From assembly GCA_039818205.1 (NCBI GenBank), contig JBCBUK010000007.1, positions 128,001 through 192,000 of the forward strand: DNA of 64,000 nt. Direction: 5' to 3'. Below, one piece after another: positions 1 through 9,358 of the stretch. Origin of the DNA: Verrucomicrobiota bacterium (GTDB lineage Bacteria > Verrucomicrobiota > Verrucomicrobiia > Opitutales > Cerasicoccaceae). Under the pieces are notes generated by a model. The model was not told where the DNA came from and ran no database searches. It saw only the letters and a program-made list of their open reading frames with translations. Every line of letters starts with the position of its first letter. The first letter of the stretch is position 1. The position numbers and the translations under genes are program-made.

Positions 1-3000
1 AGCAAGGAAAGGCTCTTGAGTTTCGTGCCTGGAGGACGTGCGGTAATTTCGATCCCGGAGTCCAAAACGTCTTCCGCCTCGACCAACGCAAGATCGGCCT
101 TACCGCCACCAAAGAGCTTCTCGAAGGTGAAAATGAAATTCTTGCGGATCTGGGCAAAAGTATCTTGGAACAACTTCTGCGAGGTCTCATTGATCTCGTC
201 GATCGCCTTGAGTAGCTCTTCCTTGGCACGCCATAAATCGTCACTCTGGGATTTCAAGAAACCAAAGCGTTCGCTCAGCTCGGCATATTCCTCAATCGCC
301 ACCAAATTGACCGCCCCCAGGCTATTGATACGACCACGAAGGTATTTGACCTCTTTCTCAATCTCCGGCCAATCGGTCTCATCCATGGCGGCAAGGTCTT
401 CTTCGGTTGGATCGCCTCGGTCGTTCTTCGCCCGAGGCTTAATTTCTCCATCGTCCTCTTCGCCCAGATCGTCGAGTTTGATCTTGGTTTCAAACTCTTC
501 GTCCGCGAGCCAAAGCTGCCGCTTCCAATCAACCGTGTTGATCTCCAGCTCATACTCGCTCATGACCTTCTCGACGATGAAGTTCGACTGCGAACGCTCT
601 TCAGCAAGTTTCACTTCAAACTGATTCAGCTGCGTCTCCTGGTCGCGTTGCGTGGACCGTTGCACACCAAGGTGATTTTCGGCTTCGGCAATCTGCTTCT
701 CCAAGGCACCCGCCTTTTCACGAAGCGTCGCTAATGTTTGCCCGGTAGACTGAAGAGTCTTTTCGAGCTCACCCGCTCGCTCTTTGTTTTGAACAATGTC
801 GTTCTCTAGCGATGCCAGCTGTTCGGTCAGGGTATCAATCTCCTGACGGCGGCGCAAAATACGGGTATTGATCTCGTTGCGCTGGCTTTCGGCATCCCGC
901 AGCCCTTGCTCGTAAAGTTCAAGCCGTTGCTTTTTCTCGGCAAGGTCCAGTCGGACCTCCGCCAAGCCATCTTTGTGGGCATCACGCTCCAATAACAACT
1001 TCTTAATCGCCTCTTCTAAAGTCGAAATCATCTCGCGCCCCGAAGTAATTTTCTTCTCGGCATCTTCCATATCCTCGCGCGCCTTGTTTAGGCGTTCCTC
1101 GGCACTATGGCGACTGCCTTCCAACTCTTCTAATTGCTTCTCCTGGCGCCCCACATTCGACTGCGTTTCCTGCAGCGATTGCTGCGCCGTACGGGCATCA
1201 GCCTTCAAACTGGACAACTCCGATGCGATCTCCTGTTGGCGCTGACGTTTCTCTTCCACGGTCTGTTCCGCCGTATCCATATCCGCTGAAAGCTGCAGCG
1301 CCTTCTCATTGAGCTGCGTCAACTTCTCGTTGTCGTGTTCGAGCTGAGATTTCAGTTTTCGGATTTGGTTGTCTCGCTGAAGGAAGGTATCGTCTTTACC
1401 TTTTTTGTTGTAACCGCCAAAGACCAAGCCACGGTGGTCCACCAGCTCATTGTTTGCGGTCGCAACAAACAGGAATTTGAACGCCGGGTTCTCCTTCCAA
1501 TACTCTAGGAATTGCCCGAGATCCGGCACAAAGAAACAGCCTTGGAAGAAGTTCTTCACCAAGTCGGCGAACTCGGGCTTCTTCGGTTTCACGACAGTTT
1601 CCGCCCGAGTAATCCAATCGGGAAGCGGTGAATTCTCGTAGACATCGGTCGGCATCCCGACCTGCAAGCACGCACGGCCAATTCGATGTTCCTCGAGGTG
1701 CTTCACGATCGGCAAGGCGAAATCATAATGGTCGAGGTAGATCGATTCAATTGCATTGCTCAGCAAAGTTTCCAACGAAATCGTGAACTCCTCCCGAACT
1801 TCGAGCGCCCCCGAAAGCGGACGGAAATTTTCCTGCGGAACGACTTCGCCAAGCTTCCCTTGCAGAATGGCTTTTGCTCCCGCTGAAAATCCCTCAAATC
1901 GTTGCTGCAACCCTTCGAGAGTAGAGAGCTGCGCCTGCTGCCGAGCCACTTCCCGGTCACAATCCGAAATATCTTTCTGCAATGTCTTGAACTCGTCGCG
2001 CAAACGCACGGTCTCTGCCCGGGCTGACTCTACCGCCTCGCCTGCACCCGCATATGCTTGCTCCTGCCGTGACTGGGCTGAGGCAATGTCCGCCACCCGC
2101 TGCTCAAGCACCGTTTTTTGGTCTTTCAGCTCATGCAGAGTATCCCCCAATCCCGCATGCTTGACTTGGTAGGACTTGAGGTCGACTTCCAAAGTCGTGC
2201 ATTGCTGGCGAAGTCGGGTGATGGCACCTTCGCGAACCAGTAACTCCTGTTTGGATTGTCCCAATTCCCGCTCGTTGCGGTTGAGGTTCCCCAAGATCGT
2301 TTGAAACTCTTCGTTCTTGCCTCGGAAAATTTCATCGGAGGAATCAACCAACGTTTGCGCCTCAGCCTTACTCTCGGCCGCCGTCTTAGCCTTTGTCGCC
2401 AACTCCTCGATCTGCTTTTCCAGCGAGACCACCTCTTCTTTCAGGTTCTCGATACGCTCCGCGACGTCTTTCTCACGAATAGCAGCAAATTCCGCCTGAC
2501 TTTCAGCGTTTTCCTTCTCGCTGCGCAGATCAAAGACAGTCTGCTGAGTCTCCTGCAGGGATGCATTCACGTCGCCTCGTTCGGCGCGGCGCCGTTCGAG
2601 CGATGACTCGGCCTCTTTCAATTTACCCTCAGCCTGCTCAACAATCACCCGTAGACCGCCTGCCCGTTCTTCGAGGTCGGCAATCACTGAGGCCCGTTTC
2701 GCATAAAAATGCGCGTTATACGCCAGATCCAAGTGAGTTAGGCGGTGCTTGAATCGTTGGTAGCGTAAGGCTTTCGAAGCCTGGCGTTTCAATGAGCCGA
2801 TTTGGCGCGAAACCTCATCAATGACATCAGTGACTCGTGAAAGGTTCTGGTCGACCAATGCCAGCTTGTTCAGCGCTTCTTTGCGATCGGCTTTGTATTT
2901 GGTGATACCCGCCGCTTCCTCAAAGATAGTCCGCCGTTCCTGTGGATTTGAGGACAGAATTTGGTCGATCTGCCCCTGCATCATGAATGAATATGAAGCG

Positions 3001-3404
3001 CGCCCAACCCCAGTATCCATGAATAGATTATGGATATCACGCAGGCGACAACGTTTCCCGTTCAGAAAATAATCACTACCTCCCTCCCGGTCGACCTTGC
3101 GGGTGATCTCAACCTCATTGAAATTGGTGCCGAGCTCAGCTTCACAGTCAGTAAAAGTCAACGACACCTCACAGGATGAAAGCGGCTTGCGCTTATCGGT
3201 GCCTTGGAAAATGACGTCGTGCATCTTTGATCCACGCAGAGCCTTCGCACTTTGCTCGCCCAAAACCCAGCGAATCGCATCGACGATGTTACTCTTTCCA
3301 CATCCATTTGGCCCGACTATACACGTTACCCCAGGATCCAACCGAACCGTCGTTCGGTCCGCGAAGCTTTTGAAGCCGTTGATAACGATTTCCTTTAGAA
3401 ACAT
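1..3404 (-). CDS. smc: Chromosome segregation protein SMC (3' end runs off the window)
   Basis: Hand translation from ATG at 3404: MFLKEIVINGFKSFADRTT...GPNGCGKSNIVDAIRWVLGEQSAKALRG (Walker A), then long coiled coils. The window ends at ...ARPPGTKLKSLSLL, just before the ABC signature. Absent from the ORF track because the stop lies outside the window. Confidence 0.97.
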   Translation of the reverse strand, partial: MFLKEIVINGFKSFADRTTVRLDPGVTCIVGPNGCGKSNIVDAIRWVLGEQSAKALRGSKMHDVIFQGTDKRKPLSSCEVSLTFTDCEAELGTNFNEVEITRKVDREGGSDYFLNGKRCRLRDIHNLFMDTGVGRASYSFMMQGQIDQILSSNPQERRTIFEEAAGITKYKADRKEALNKLALVDQNLSRVTDVIDEVSRQIGSLKRQASKALRYQRFKHRLTHLDLAYNAHFYAKRASVIADLEERAGGLRVIVEQAEGKLKEAESSLERRRAERGDVNASLQETQQTVFDLRSEKENAESQAEFAAIREKDVAERIENLKEEVVSLEKQIEELATKAKTAAESKAEAQTLVDSSDEIFRGKNEEFQTILGNLNRNERELGQSKQELLVREGAITRLRQQCTTLEVDLKSYQVKHAGLGDTLHELKDQKTVLEQRVADIASAQSRQEQAYAGAGEAVESARAETVRLRDEFKTLQKDISDCDREVARQQAQLSTLEGLQQRFEGFSAGAKAILQGKLGEVVPQENFRPLSGALEVREEFTISLETLLSNAIESIYLDHYDFALPIVKHLEEHRIGRACLQVGMPTDVYENSPLPDWITRAETVVKPKKPEFADLVKNFFQGCFFVPDLGQFLEYWKENPAFKFLFVATANNELVDHRGLVFGGYNKKGKDDTFLQRDNQIRKLKSQLEHDNEKLTQLNEKALQLSADMDTAEQTVEEKRQRQQEIASELSSLKADARTAQQSLQETQSNVGRQEKQLEELEGSRHSAEERLNKAREDMEDAEKKITSGREMISTLEEAIKKLLLERDAHKDGLAEVRLDLAEKKQRLELYEQGLRDAESQRNEINTRILRRRQEIDTLTEQLASLENDIVQNKERAGELEKTLQSTGQTLATLREKAGALEKQIAEAENHLGVQRSTQRDQETQLNQFEVKLAEERSQSNFIVEKVMSEYELEINTVDWKRQLWLADEEFETKIKLDDLGEEDDGEIKPRAKNDRGDPTEEDLAAMDETDWPEIEKEVKYLRGRINSLGAVNLVAIEEYAELSERFGFLKSQSDDLWRAKEELLKAIDEINETSQKLFQDTFAQIRKNFIFTFEKLFGGGKADLALVEAEDVLDSGIEITARPPGTKLKSLSL

Positions 3405-3606
3405 GGGCAATGAAACAGGTCAAATCTGGGGGAGGCCTTCTGCGTGAAGGGCATTAACTAAAGCCTGCCAAAATTAGTCTCCCCGATGGCGGCGGCAATG
3501 AAATTCTCAAGACATGAATTGATTTAGCAAGAATCCAAGAATTCTTGACATTTCTTGTAAGAAACAAGGGCCGGGCGGCTTCTAATTGTGTATAAATCAA
3601 ACACCA

Positions 3607-4113
3607 ATGAAAGCGCCTGAGCAGGAAATAATCTTCAACCAATGGGTCGAGCAACATTACCCAATGCTGCACAAGGTCGCTTTGAGCTTTGGCCAAGGTG
3701 CCGATCGCGATGATCTGATCCAGGAGATGCTCATCAACCTTTGGAAGTCGGTGCCCGCCTACCGAGGCGAATCCGCGGAAAGCACCTACATCTACCGTGT
3801 CGTCCACTGGACCGCCTTGACCTGGATTCGCGGAGAAAAACGCCGGACCCAAAGGCTGGAGCAAGCCGCAAAAGAAACGCGATTGGAAAGCAGGCGTCCC
3901 CGAGTCAACAACCGGCTCGAGCTCCTATTCGAGTCGATTCAGAATCTACCTGCGGTGGACCGGTCGATAATAACGATGGCCTTGGACGGCCTCACTCATG
4001 CCGACATCGGCGAGGTCATCGGGTCTACCGAAAACGCAATTTCCGTTCGGATCCATCGGATCCGACAGCAACTCAACCTAGAGATTCAACACTCAATGGA
4101 GACAAACTCATGA
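3607..4113 (+). CDS. ECF-type RNA polymerase sigma-70 factor
   Basis: Region 2 (DDLIQEMLINLWKS...STYIYRV) and region 4 HTH (LPAVDRSIITMALDGLTHADIGEVIG...ISVRIHRIRQQL); about 168 aa. Confidence 0.92.
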   Translation: MKAPEQEIIFNQWVEQHYPMLHKVALSFGQGADRDDLIQEMLINLWKSVPAYRGESAESTYIYRVVHWTALTWIRGEKRRTQRLEQAAKETRLESRRPRVNNRLELLFESIQNLPAVDRSIITMALDGLTHADIGEVIGSTENAISVRIHRIRQQLNLEIQHSMETNS

Positions 4114-4691
4114 AATCGAATGAATTGGACACTCTTTGGCAGTCCTTGAGATCTACCGAGCCTGCAAATCAAGAAACCATTAAAAAACTAGTTTCTAGTG
4201 AGCAGAAGAAACACCGCTGGTCCTTGTTGATCCTCGCCAACATGGGGCTCAACCTATTGGCCTTCAGTACCTTACTTATTTGGGCGCTTGCGACTGAACG
4301 TTCAGCAATCTCCCAGGCCTGGCCCGCTCTGCTCACCTTGCTCGTTCTCTGGGCCACCTACTCGGAAATCGTACGGTACCGTATTGTAAATCGCTCTTTC
4401 TATCAGGAAAGCATTCGATCCGTTCTCAGGGTTTCGCTTAGTCGGGTTGAAGGCGCTCTGCGCGAAACCAAGATCCTGCAAATGGTGACTGTTATTGCCA
4501 TAATACCATTGGTTTTAATCAGCCTATCATTCCTACTAGATGCAGATTTGATGAGCGCCCGAGAAGGGTTGAGCTTTGCGCTGTTCAGTGCGTCAATTTT
4601 AGCAATTAACTTATTTACAATAAGCTACTTGCGCACTCGAAAGCTAATACCAAAGTTGAAGCTACTCAAGAACCGCCTAGATTCGATCTAG
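4110..4691 (+). CDS. Multi-pass membrane protein, putative anti-sigma factor
   Basis: ATGA overlap with the sigma stop. Starts MKSNELDTLWQ and has about 4 hydrophobic segments. The track's start at 3741 is an upstream extension. Confidence 0.65.
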   Translation: MKSNELDTLWQSLRSTEPANQETIKKLVSSEQKKHRWSLLILANMGLNLLAFSTLLIWALATERSAISQAWPALLTLLVLWATYSEIVRYRIVNRSFYQESIRSVLRVSLSRVEGALRETKILQMVTVIAIIPLVLISLSFLLDADLMSAREGLSFALFSASILAINLFTISYLRTRKLIPKLKLLKNRLDSI

Positions 4692-4699
4692 GCTGCCAA

Positions 4700-5302
4700 T
4701 CACTTACTGTTTGCGCGACTAACCATCGCTTCAACAGCCGTTTCTATCCGCTTTAGGTTTATCAGATAAGGCTCGATGTAATTATCGACAAAGTACAGAT
4801 CATGTTTGGCTTGAGTACCCGCGGGCCCCCTGGAACTGGCTTTAGGGCGAAGGTCTCGTCGGTGGTTCTCCATCCGAAACTCCATTTCTTCAATCTGTCC
4901 CGAAAGATTGAAGATGGTCGCCTCATCTATTGCCTTACGATACTGATTATAAACTTTCCACTCGGAAACGCTGTATTCTCGGCTTCCGTGTGCGAGTCTC
5001 AAATTCTCCGGAAAATTCCTCTTCACACGGTCAAATTTTTCCTTCAAAAAGCGCAACTCACGTTGGATATTATAAACATACTGCTGGTCATCCTCGCTAA
5101 ATCGACTGACTGGAACTGTGTATATCATCGGCTTGCCGGCCAAGTCTTTTGTGGTTTCACTCTCAACAACCACACTATCCTCCTGAATATCAATAAGTTT
5201 TGCCTGAATCGTGCGCCCGTCATTGGCGGTCCAGGTTCTGAAATCAAATGCATTAGCATTCAACGCTAAGCCCAGCACTAAAATTAATACAATCCTCTTC
5301 AT
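4700..5302 (-). CDS. Secreted protein with SHD1-like N-terminal domain (paralog A)
   Basis: Signal peptide MKRIVLILVLGLALNANA, then FRTWTANDGRTIQAKL...VPVSRFSEDDQQYV. Confidence 0.7.
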   Translation of the reverse strand: MKRIVLILVLGLALNANAFDFRTWTANDGRTIQAKLIDIQEDSVVVESETTKDLAGKPMIYTVPVSRFSEDDQQYVYNIQRELRFLKEKFDRVKRNFPENLRLAHGSREYSVSEWKVYNQYRKAIDEATIFNLSGQIEEMEFRMENHRRDLRPKASSRGPAGTQAKHDLYFVDNYIEPYLINLKRIETAVEAMVSRANSK

Positions 5303-5377
5303 TATCCGTCGTTTTAACACAAATCGGTCCGTGTTTCCAATACAATAAAAACAACATGTGTCCGCATTCGCTGCGTA

Positions 5378-6001
5378 CTATTCGATCGATCCTTGAACCG
5401 TCGAATCCAGCTCCTTCAGTTTTTCGATATAGGGAATAAAAAACTCTTGGATCCAGTAGCGATTGTGCATGAGCTGAACAGTTGATTTACTGAGAATCTC
5501 TGTCTTTGGCTTGTAGGCCTCCGCATAACTTGCCGCTTTGCTTTCGAGGATCTCGATATCATAGGAGAAACCAAAAAGGTCGAGATTCTCGGCTAAACCT
5601 TGATATTCGTTGTAGATTGCGTCGCTGACGAAGAAAGGTGCCCGCTGGATGTCCCTCCCTTCATAGTTATGGGAGCTTCGGAATTTGTAGAACTTCCGGA
5701 CATTGGGAGGAAACTTCTTCTTCAGCGCATCAAAGTCCTCCTGAACCGCGATCAGCTGCTCCCGAAGTGCCTCGACATAAGCGACATCCGCCTCGCTAAA
5801 GCGCGTTATAGGCAACTCGTATTGCCGTGGATTTCCCGCGAGATCCACATCGTTTTCGCGCACAACAACGACTTTTTCATCATCCAGCCGAACCACCTTT
5901 GCGGTGATTGTACGCCCATCAACGTCCTCCCAGACGCGAAAATCGTGCGCATGGGCGTTAACACAAAATGCAAATACCAGTAATGATACAACTCTCCTCA
6001 T
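5378..6001 (-). CDS. Secreted protein with SHD1-like N-terminal domain (paralog B)
   Basis: Signal peptide MRRVVSLLVFAFCVNAHA, then FRVWEDVDGRTITAKV...LPITRFSEADVAYV. Aligns by eye with 4700-5302. Confidence 0.7.
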   Translation of the reverse strand: MRRVVSLLVFAFCVNAHAHDFRVWEDVDGRTITAKVVRLDDEKVVVVRENDVDLAGNPRQYELPITRFSEADVAYVEALREQLIAVQEDFDALKKKFPPNVRKFYKFRSSHNYEGRDIQRAPFFVSDAIYNEYQGLAENLDLFGFSYDIEILESKAASYAEAYKPKTEILSKSTVQLMHNRYWIQEFFIPYIEKLKELDSTVQGSIE

Positions 6002-6068
6002 CGTAACCCTTCGTAGCACGCAACGCGTACTTGTTCCATCAAATTAGCAGAAATAGCAAAAGAGATGC

Positions 6069-7550
6069 CTATTTGCGTCCGAGGACGTGTAAATTGGCCA
6101 TGCTTATACCGCTAAGCAATGAGCCGGTTATTCCCAGGAACCCCTGGTCCGTCCCGCAGAGGTAAAGATTCTCCAGGTCGGTCCGACCGTCTTTTACCTT
6201 ATTTGGAGCACCATAAACGGCACCTCCTAAGTGCCCAGTAAACTTTGTAATCGTCAACGGCGTAAACATATCCTTGGCCAAGGTACGCTCGCTAAGGATT
6301 AACCGTGATTGCGCCTTGTGAGCAACCATCGGCGGAGTCGTATGCTCTTTGTCGCGGACTCGCAATAGCGGGAGAAAATCAAGTGCTCGACGCTGCAACA
6401 GGTCATACCATTTCTCCTTTTCTTCTCGGTACTGCGCCTCCGACAAGGCCGCCCAGCGATCATAATTCGCCAGAGCGGTCACCCGCAGAAAGCCATCCTC
6501 GAGTTTCCGATCGTCCGAATAGCGATAGTTATTGGGAATACAGATGACGCCACTAGACAGATCAACCAGATCATCCGGCCGACGATAATCGAACGCGTGT
6601 CCATTGTTGAAAAACACAATCGTGTCCGTCCAACCCAATTTCATGGGTTCGGCATTCATGACCGTGATGGTTTCAACAAATGAAAGCGCACCGGTATTGG
6701 TCGAACCTGCATCCTCGGCTTGATCACTTCTTAGCCGCAATGTTTCCGCGTAACCGACCGACGAAATCACATGGTCGGCGGTGATCTCATCACCAGAGTC
6801 CAAGATTAAGCGCTTAGCTTGGTTTCCTTCGACGGCGATTTCACGCACACCACATTTCATTTTGCGCAAGCCACCGAGCTCGCGATAGCGGTTAAGCAAG
6901 GCTCGAATGATCACCCGGACGCCGTCATACGGGCGAGCAAATCCCTCGAGAAAGAGCGCTTTAAACAGGATAACAAACTGTGAAAAATCCAGGTCGTTTT
7001 CTCGTGCACTGCCGTAATAGCAAACGGGAACCATCAGCATATTGAGCAAAATGCGGTCGCTGATAAACCGAGCGATCACGTCTTTGGCCGACTCCTCCTT
7101 GATGTCCAAAGCTGTTTCATCGAACGCCTTGATGTAGCCAACCAATCGCCGAAAACCGTCGATCTCATTGGGAAACTCCCGCGCAACCTCACTTTCAAAC
7201 AACTCATATTCGTTGTCGAAACGCAAACTCCGACCGGGAAAGGCAATGCGAGAGCCACGCTGCTCGGCGAGATCTAACTCATCTCGGCTAAGGCGCAATT
7301 GACGTAGGATCTTGACCAAAGGAAGCCCTTTTGCCCCGGGCGGTGCGTAATTGGTTAGCGCATGCAGCCCGACGTCGTATTTGCGACCTTCGATGCTGTA
7401 AAAACTGTTGAGACCGCCGGCCGCGTTGTGGCGCTCGAGTATCAGCACCTTCCGGTCAAACATGGCCAACCGGATGGCGGCTGCGAGTCCAGACATACCG
7501 GCGCCAATGACTACGCAGTCAAAGTGCTCGCCTTGTAGCTCGCCGCTCAT
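6069..7550 (-). CDS. CrtI/phytoene desaturase-like FAD-dependent oxidoreductase
   Basis: Rossmann motif VVIGAGMSGL, LERHNAAGGL, YDVGLH, and C-terminal FTP..T / NLYLCGTDQGFLGITG. Confidence 0.85.
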   Translation of the reverse strand: MSGELQGEHFDCVVIGAGMSGLAAAIRLAMFDRKVLILERHNAAGGLNSFYSIEGRKYDVGLHALTNYAPPGAKGLPLVKILRQLRLSRDELDLAEQRGSRIAFPGRSLRFDNEYELFESEVAREFPNEIDGFRRLVGYIKAFDETALDIKEESAKDVIARFISDRILLNMLMVPVCYYGSARENDLDFSQFVILFKALFLEGFARPYDGVRVIIRALLNRYRELGGLRKMKCGVREIAVEGNQAKRLILDSGDEITADHVISSVGYAETLRLRSDQAEDAGSTNTGALSFVETITVMNAEPMKLGWTDTIVFFNNGHAFDYRRPDDLVDLSSGVICIPNNYRYSDDRKLEDGFLRVTALANYDRWAALSEAQYREEKEKWYDLLQRRALDFLPLLRVRDKEHTTPPMVAHKAQSRLILSERTLAKDMFTPLTITKFTGHLGGAVYGAPNKVKDGRTDLENLYLCGTDQGFLGITGSLLSGISMANLHVLGRK

Positions 7551-7583
7551 CGAACCAACGTTTGATCCAGGGCTCAAAGGGGC

Positions 7584-7844
7584 CTAGGCGCTTGCCTTAG
7601 CCTCAAACTTTGGCTGCAGATAGTTCGCACAGCTATCGAGAGATGCGAGCTCAGGATAGTCATCTTCAGGTACTTCGATGCCGTGTTGCTTCCGCAACTC
7701 CATCACGATATCGAGGAAATCCATGGAATCCAGATCCAGCTGGTCACGGAGGCGAACCTCCGATTTGATGTCGCTCAAGTCTTCATCGGGGGCGATTTCC
7801 GCGATGATATCCAGCACAATCTGCTTAACGTCGTCTTTGGTCAT
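7584..7844 (-). CDS. Acyl carrier protein
   Basis: Small acidic protein with the phosphopantetheine site LDLDSMDF. Confidence 0.93.
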   Translation of the reverse strand: MTKDDVKQIVLDIIAEIAPDEDLSDIKSEVRLRDQLDLDSMDFLDIVMELRKQHGIEVPEDDYPELASLDSCANYLQPKFEAKASA

Positions 7845-7872
7845 TGGTAGGTTTATAATAGATGAAAGCGGC

Positions 7873-9117
7873 TCAGTCAACGAACCGCTTAACGATCAAG
7901 GCGGAATTAATTCCGAGCATACCGAAAGAGTTGTTCAGGATGGTGTCAACCCTTTGAACAGTTTTCCCTTCGTTGATGACCAAATTCGGAATCGCGCATT
8001 CTGGGTCTAATTCATCGACGTTGATCGTTGGATGCACCGTCAAATCATCCAAACTGGGGATATTTCCGGCAAGCTCAAGTGCGCCGGCCGCCCCCATCGC
8101 GTGGCCGATAAAACTCTTCGTGTTATTGATGTAAGTATTTGGACATGAGCCAAATACCTCTATGATCGCCTTGGCTTCCTGGATATCTCCTTGAGGCGTC
8201 GCGGTGGCGTGGGTGCTGACCAAGTGGACGTCCGATGCCACCATGTTCGCGCGGCGGATCGCTTCGACCATACATTGGGCCTGGCGTTCCGGGTTGGGCA
8301 ATACTGCGTCTGTCGCGTCCGAATTGATGCACCATCCGGCCAATTCGGCGATTATCGGGGCTCCGCGATCCAAGGCATCGCTCAGGCGCTCCAAGACGTA
8401 CACCGCCCCACCCTCGCTGACCACGATTCCGTTCCGTGACTTATCAAAGGGTCGACTGGCTTTGTTGGGATCCTCGTGTTCGGCCAGGGCTCCCTGACTT
8501 TTAAAACCCGCAAAAATCCCAAAAGTATGAATCGACTCGCTAACGCCGCCAGCGAGCGCCATGTCGCATTCCCCCAAAAGCAGCATCTGCGCCCCCTGAA
8601 CTAGCCCCGCGTTGCCGGCCGCGCAGGCCGCGCCAATGGTGTAGTGGGGGCCGTGAATGCCCATATTCATGGTCACCTCGCCTGCCGGGTTGTTGGCCAC
8701 CGTCCGCGGGTTATGGTGATGCGTCCAATACTTGGTATCGTACTCGAACTGGGAAATATTGTACACCTCGTTCTCGGTCTCAACGTTGCCGTGTTCGGTG
8801 GTGCCGATGTAAACGCCGACCCGGGCCTTGTTGACGGACTCCCAGGAAATCTGGGCGTTGGCAATTGCCTCTTGAGAACAATAAATCGCGACCGAACCCG
8901 CACGCGTGCCGTTGCGGACTTCCTTGCGGCGCTGGTACTTCATCGGGTCGTAGTCGCAGACTCCCGCGTTCACTTCGCCCATATAGCGCATGGGGATGCG
9001 TTGAACGCCTGCTTGCCCGGCAAGAAGGTTCTGGCGATATTCGGCCAGCGTGTTGCCGTTGGGCGAGGTCAGGCCCAATCCGGTAATTACGATGCGCTTC
9101 GCGGGGTCACGTTCCAT
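7873..9117 (-). CDS. Beta-ketoacyl-ACP synthase (FabF/FabB family)
   Basis: Catalytic Cys (AACAAG), His (STHATAT), His (KSFIGHAMGAAG); SRPFD and NSFGMLG motifs. Confidence 0.93.
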   Translation of the reverse strand: MERDPAKRIVITGLGLTSPNGNTLAEYRQNLLAGQAGVQRIPMRYMGEVNAGVCDYDPMKYQRRKEVRNGTRAGSVAIYCSQEAIANAQISWESVNKARVGVYIGTTEHGNVETENEVYNISQFEYDTKYWTHHHNPRTVANNPAGEVTMNMGIHGPHYTIGAACAAGNAGLVQGAQMLLLGECDMALAGGVSESIHTFGIFAGFKSQGALAEHEDPNKASRPFDKSRNGIVVSEGGAVYVLERLSDALDRGAPIIAELAGWCINSDATDAVLPNPERQAQCMVEAIRRANMVASDVHLVSTHATATPQGDIQEAKAIIEVFGSCPNTYINNTKSFIGHAMGAAGALELAGNIPSLDDLTVHPTINVDELDPECAIPNLVINEGKTVQRVDTILNNSFGMLGINSALIVKRFVD

Positions 9118-9358
9118 AACAGTCAGAAAGAAAAGCCCTCAATGCTTACGCTTGGGGGACGACTCGAAAAGAAAAAAAGTCACCCTCTTTCAAATTCAGT
9201 CAAACCCCAGCGGCTAGAAATTTGATCTTTTTTCGCGAGATTGAGGCTAAACAACGGTCCGATTCTCCGCGAATGCAACATTTCGAATGTCGTTTGCGAT
9301 TCCGAAACGAGACCTATCTACCCCATTCGAGACATAGTCGATCGATCCCTCAACCGAC

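Noticed and set aside
16..3447. Many short ORFs in the track over 1-3.4 kb
   Set aside because: They are antisense or off-frame shadows of the continuous minus-strand smc frame.
3741..4109. N-terminal extension of the 316-aa ORF
   Set aside because: It overlaps the sigma gene out of frame; the ATGA-coupled start at 4110 is more plausible.
5303..6045. GGAA(A)C...GT(G/C)TA-like words upstream of both SHD1-like paralogs as ECF promoters
   Set aside because: Spacing of 14-15 nt is short for an ECF promoter, and the similarity may only reflect the duplication.
6069..7550. Carotenoid biosynthesis (crtI) call
   Set aside because: No crtB/crtE/crtY nearby; the context is ACP and ketosynthase.
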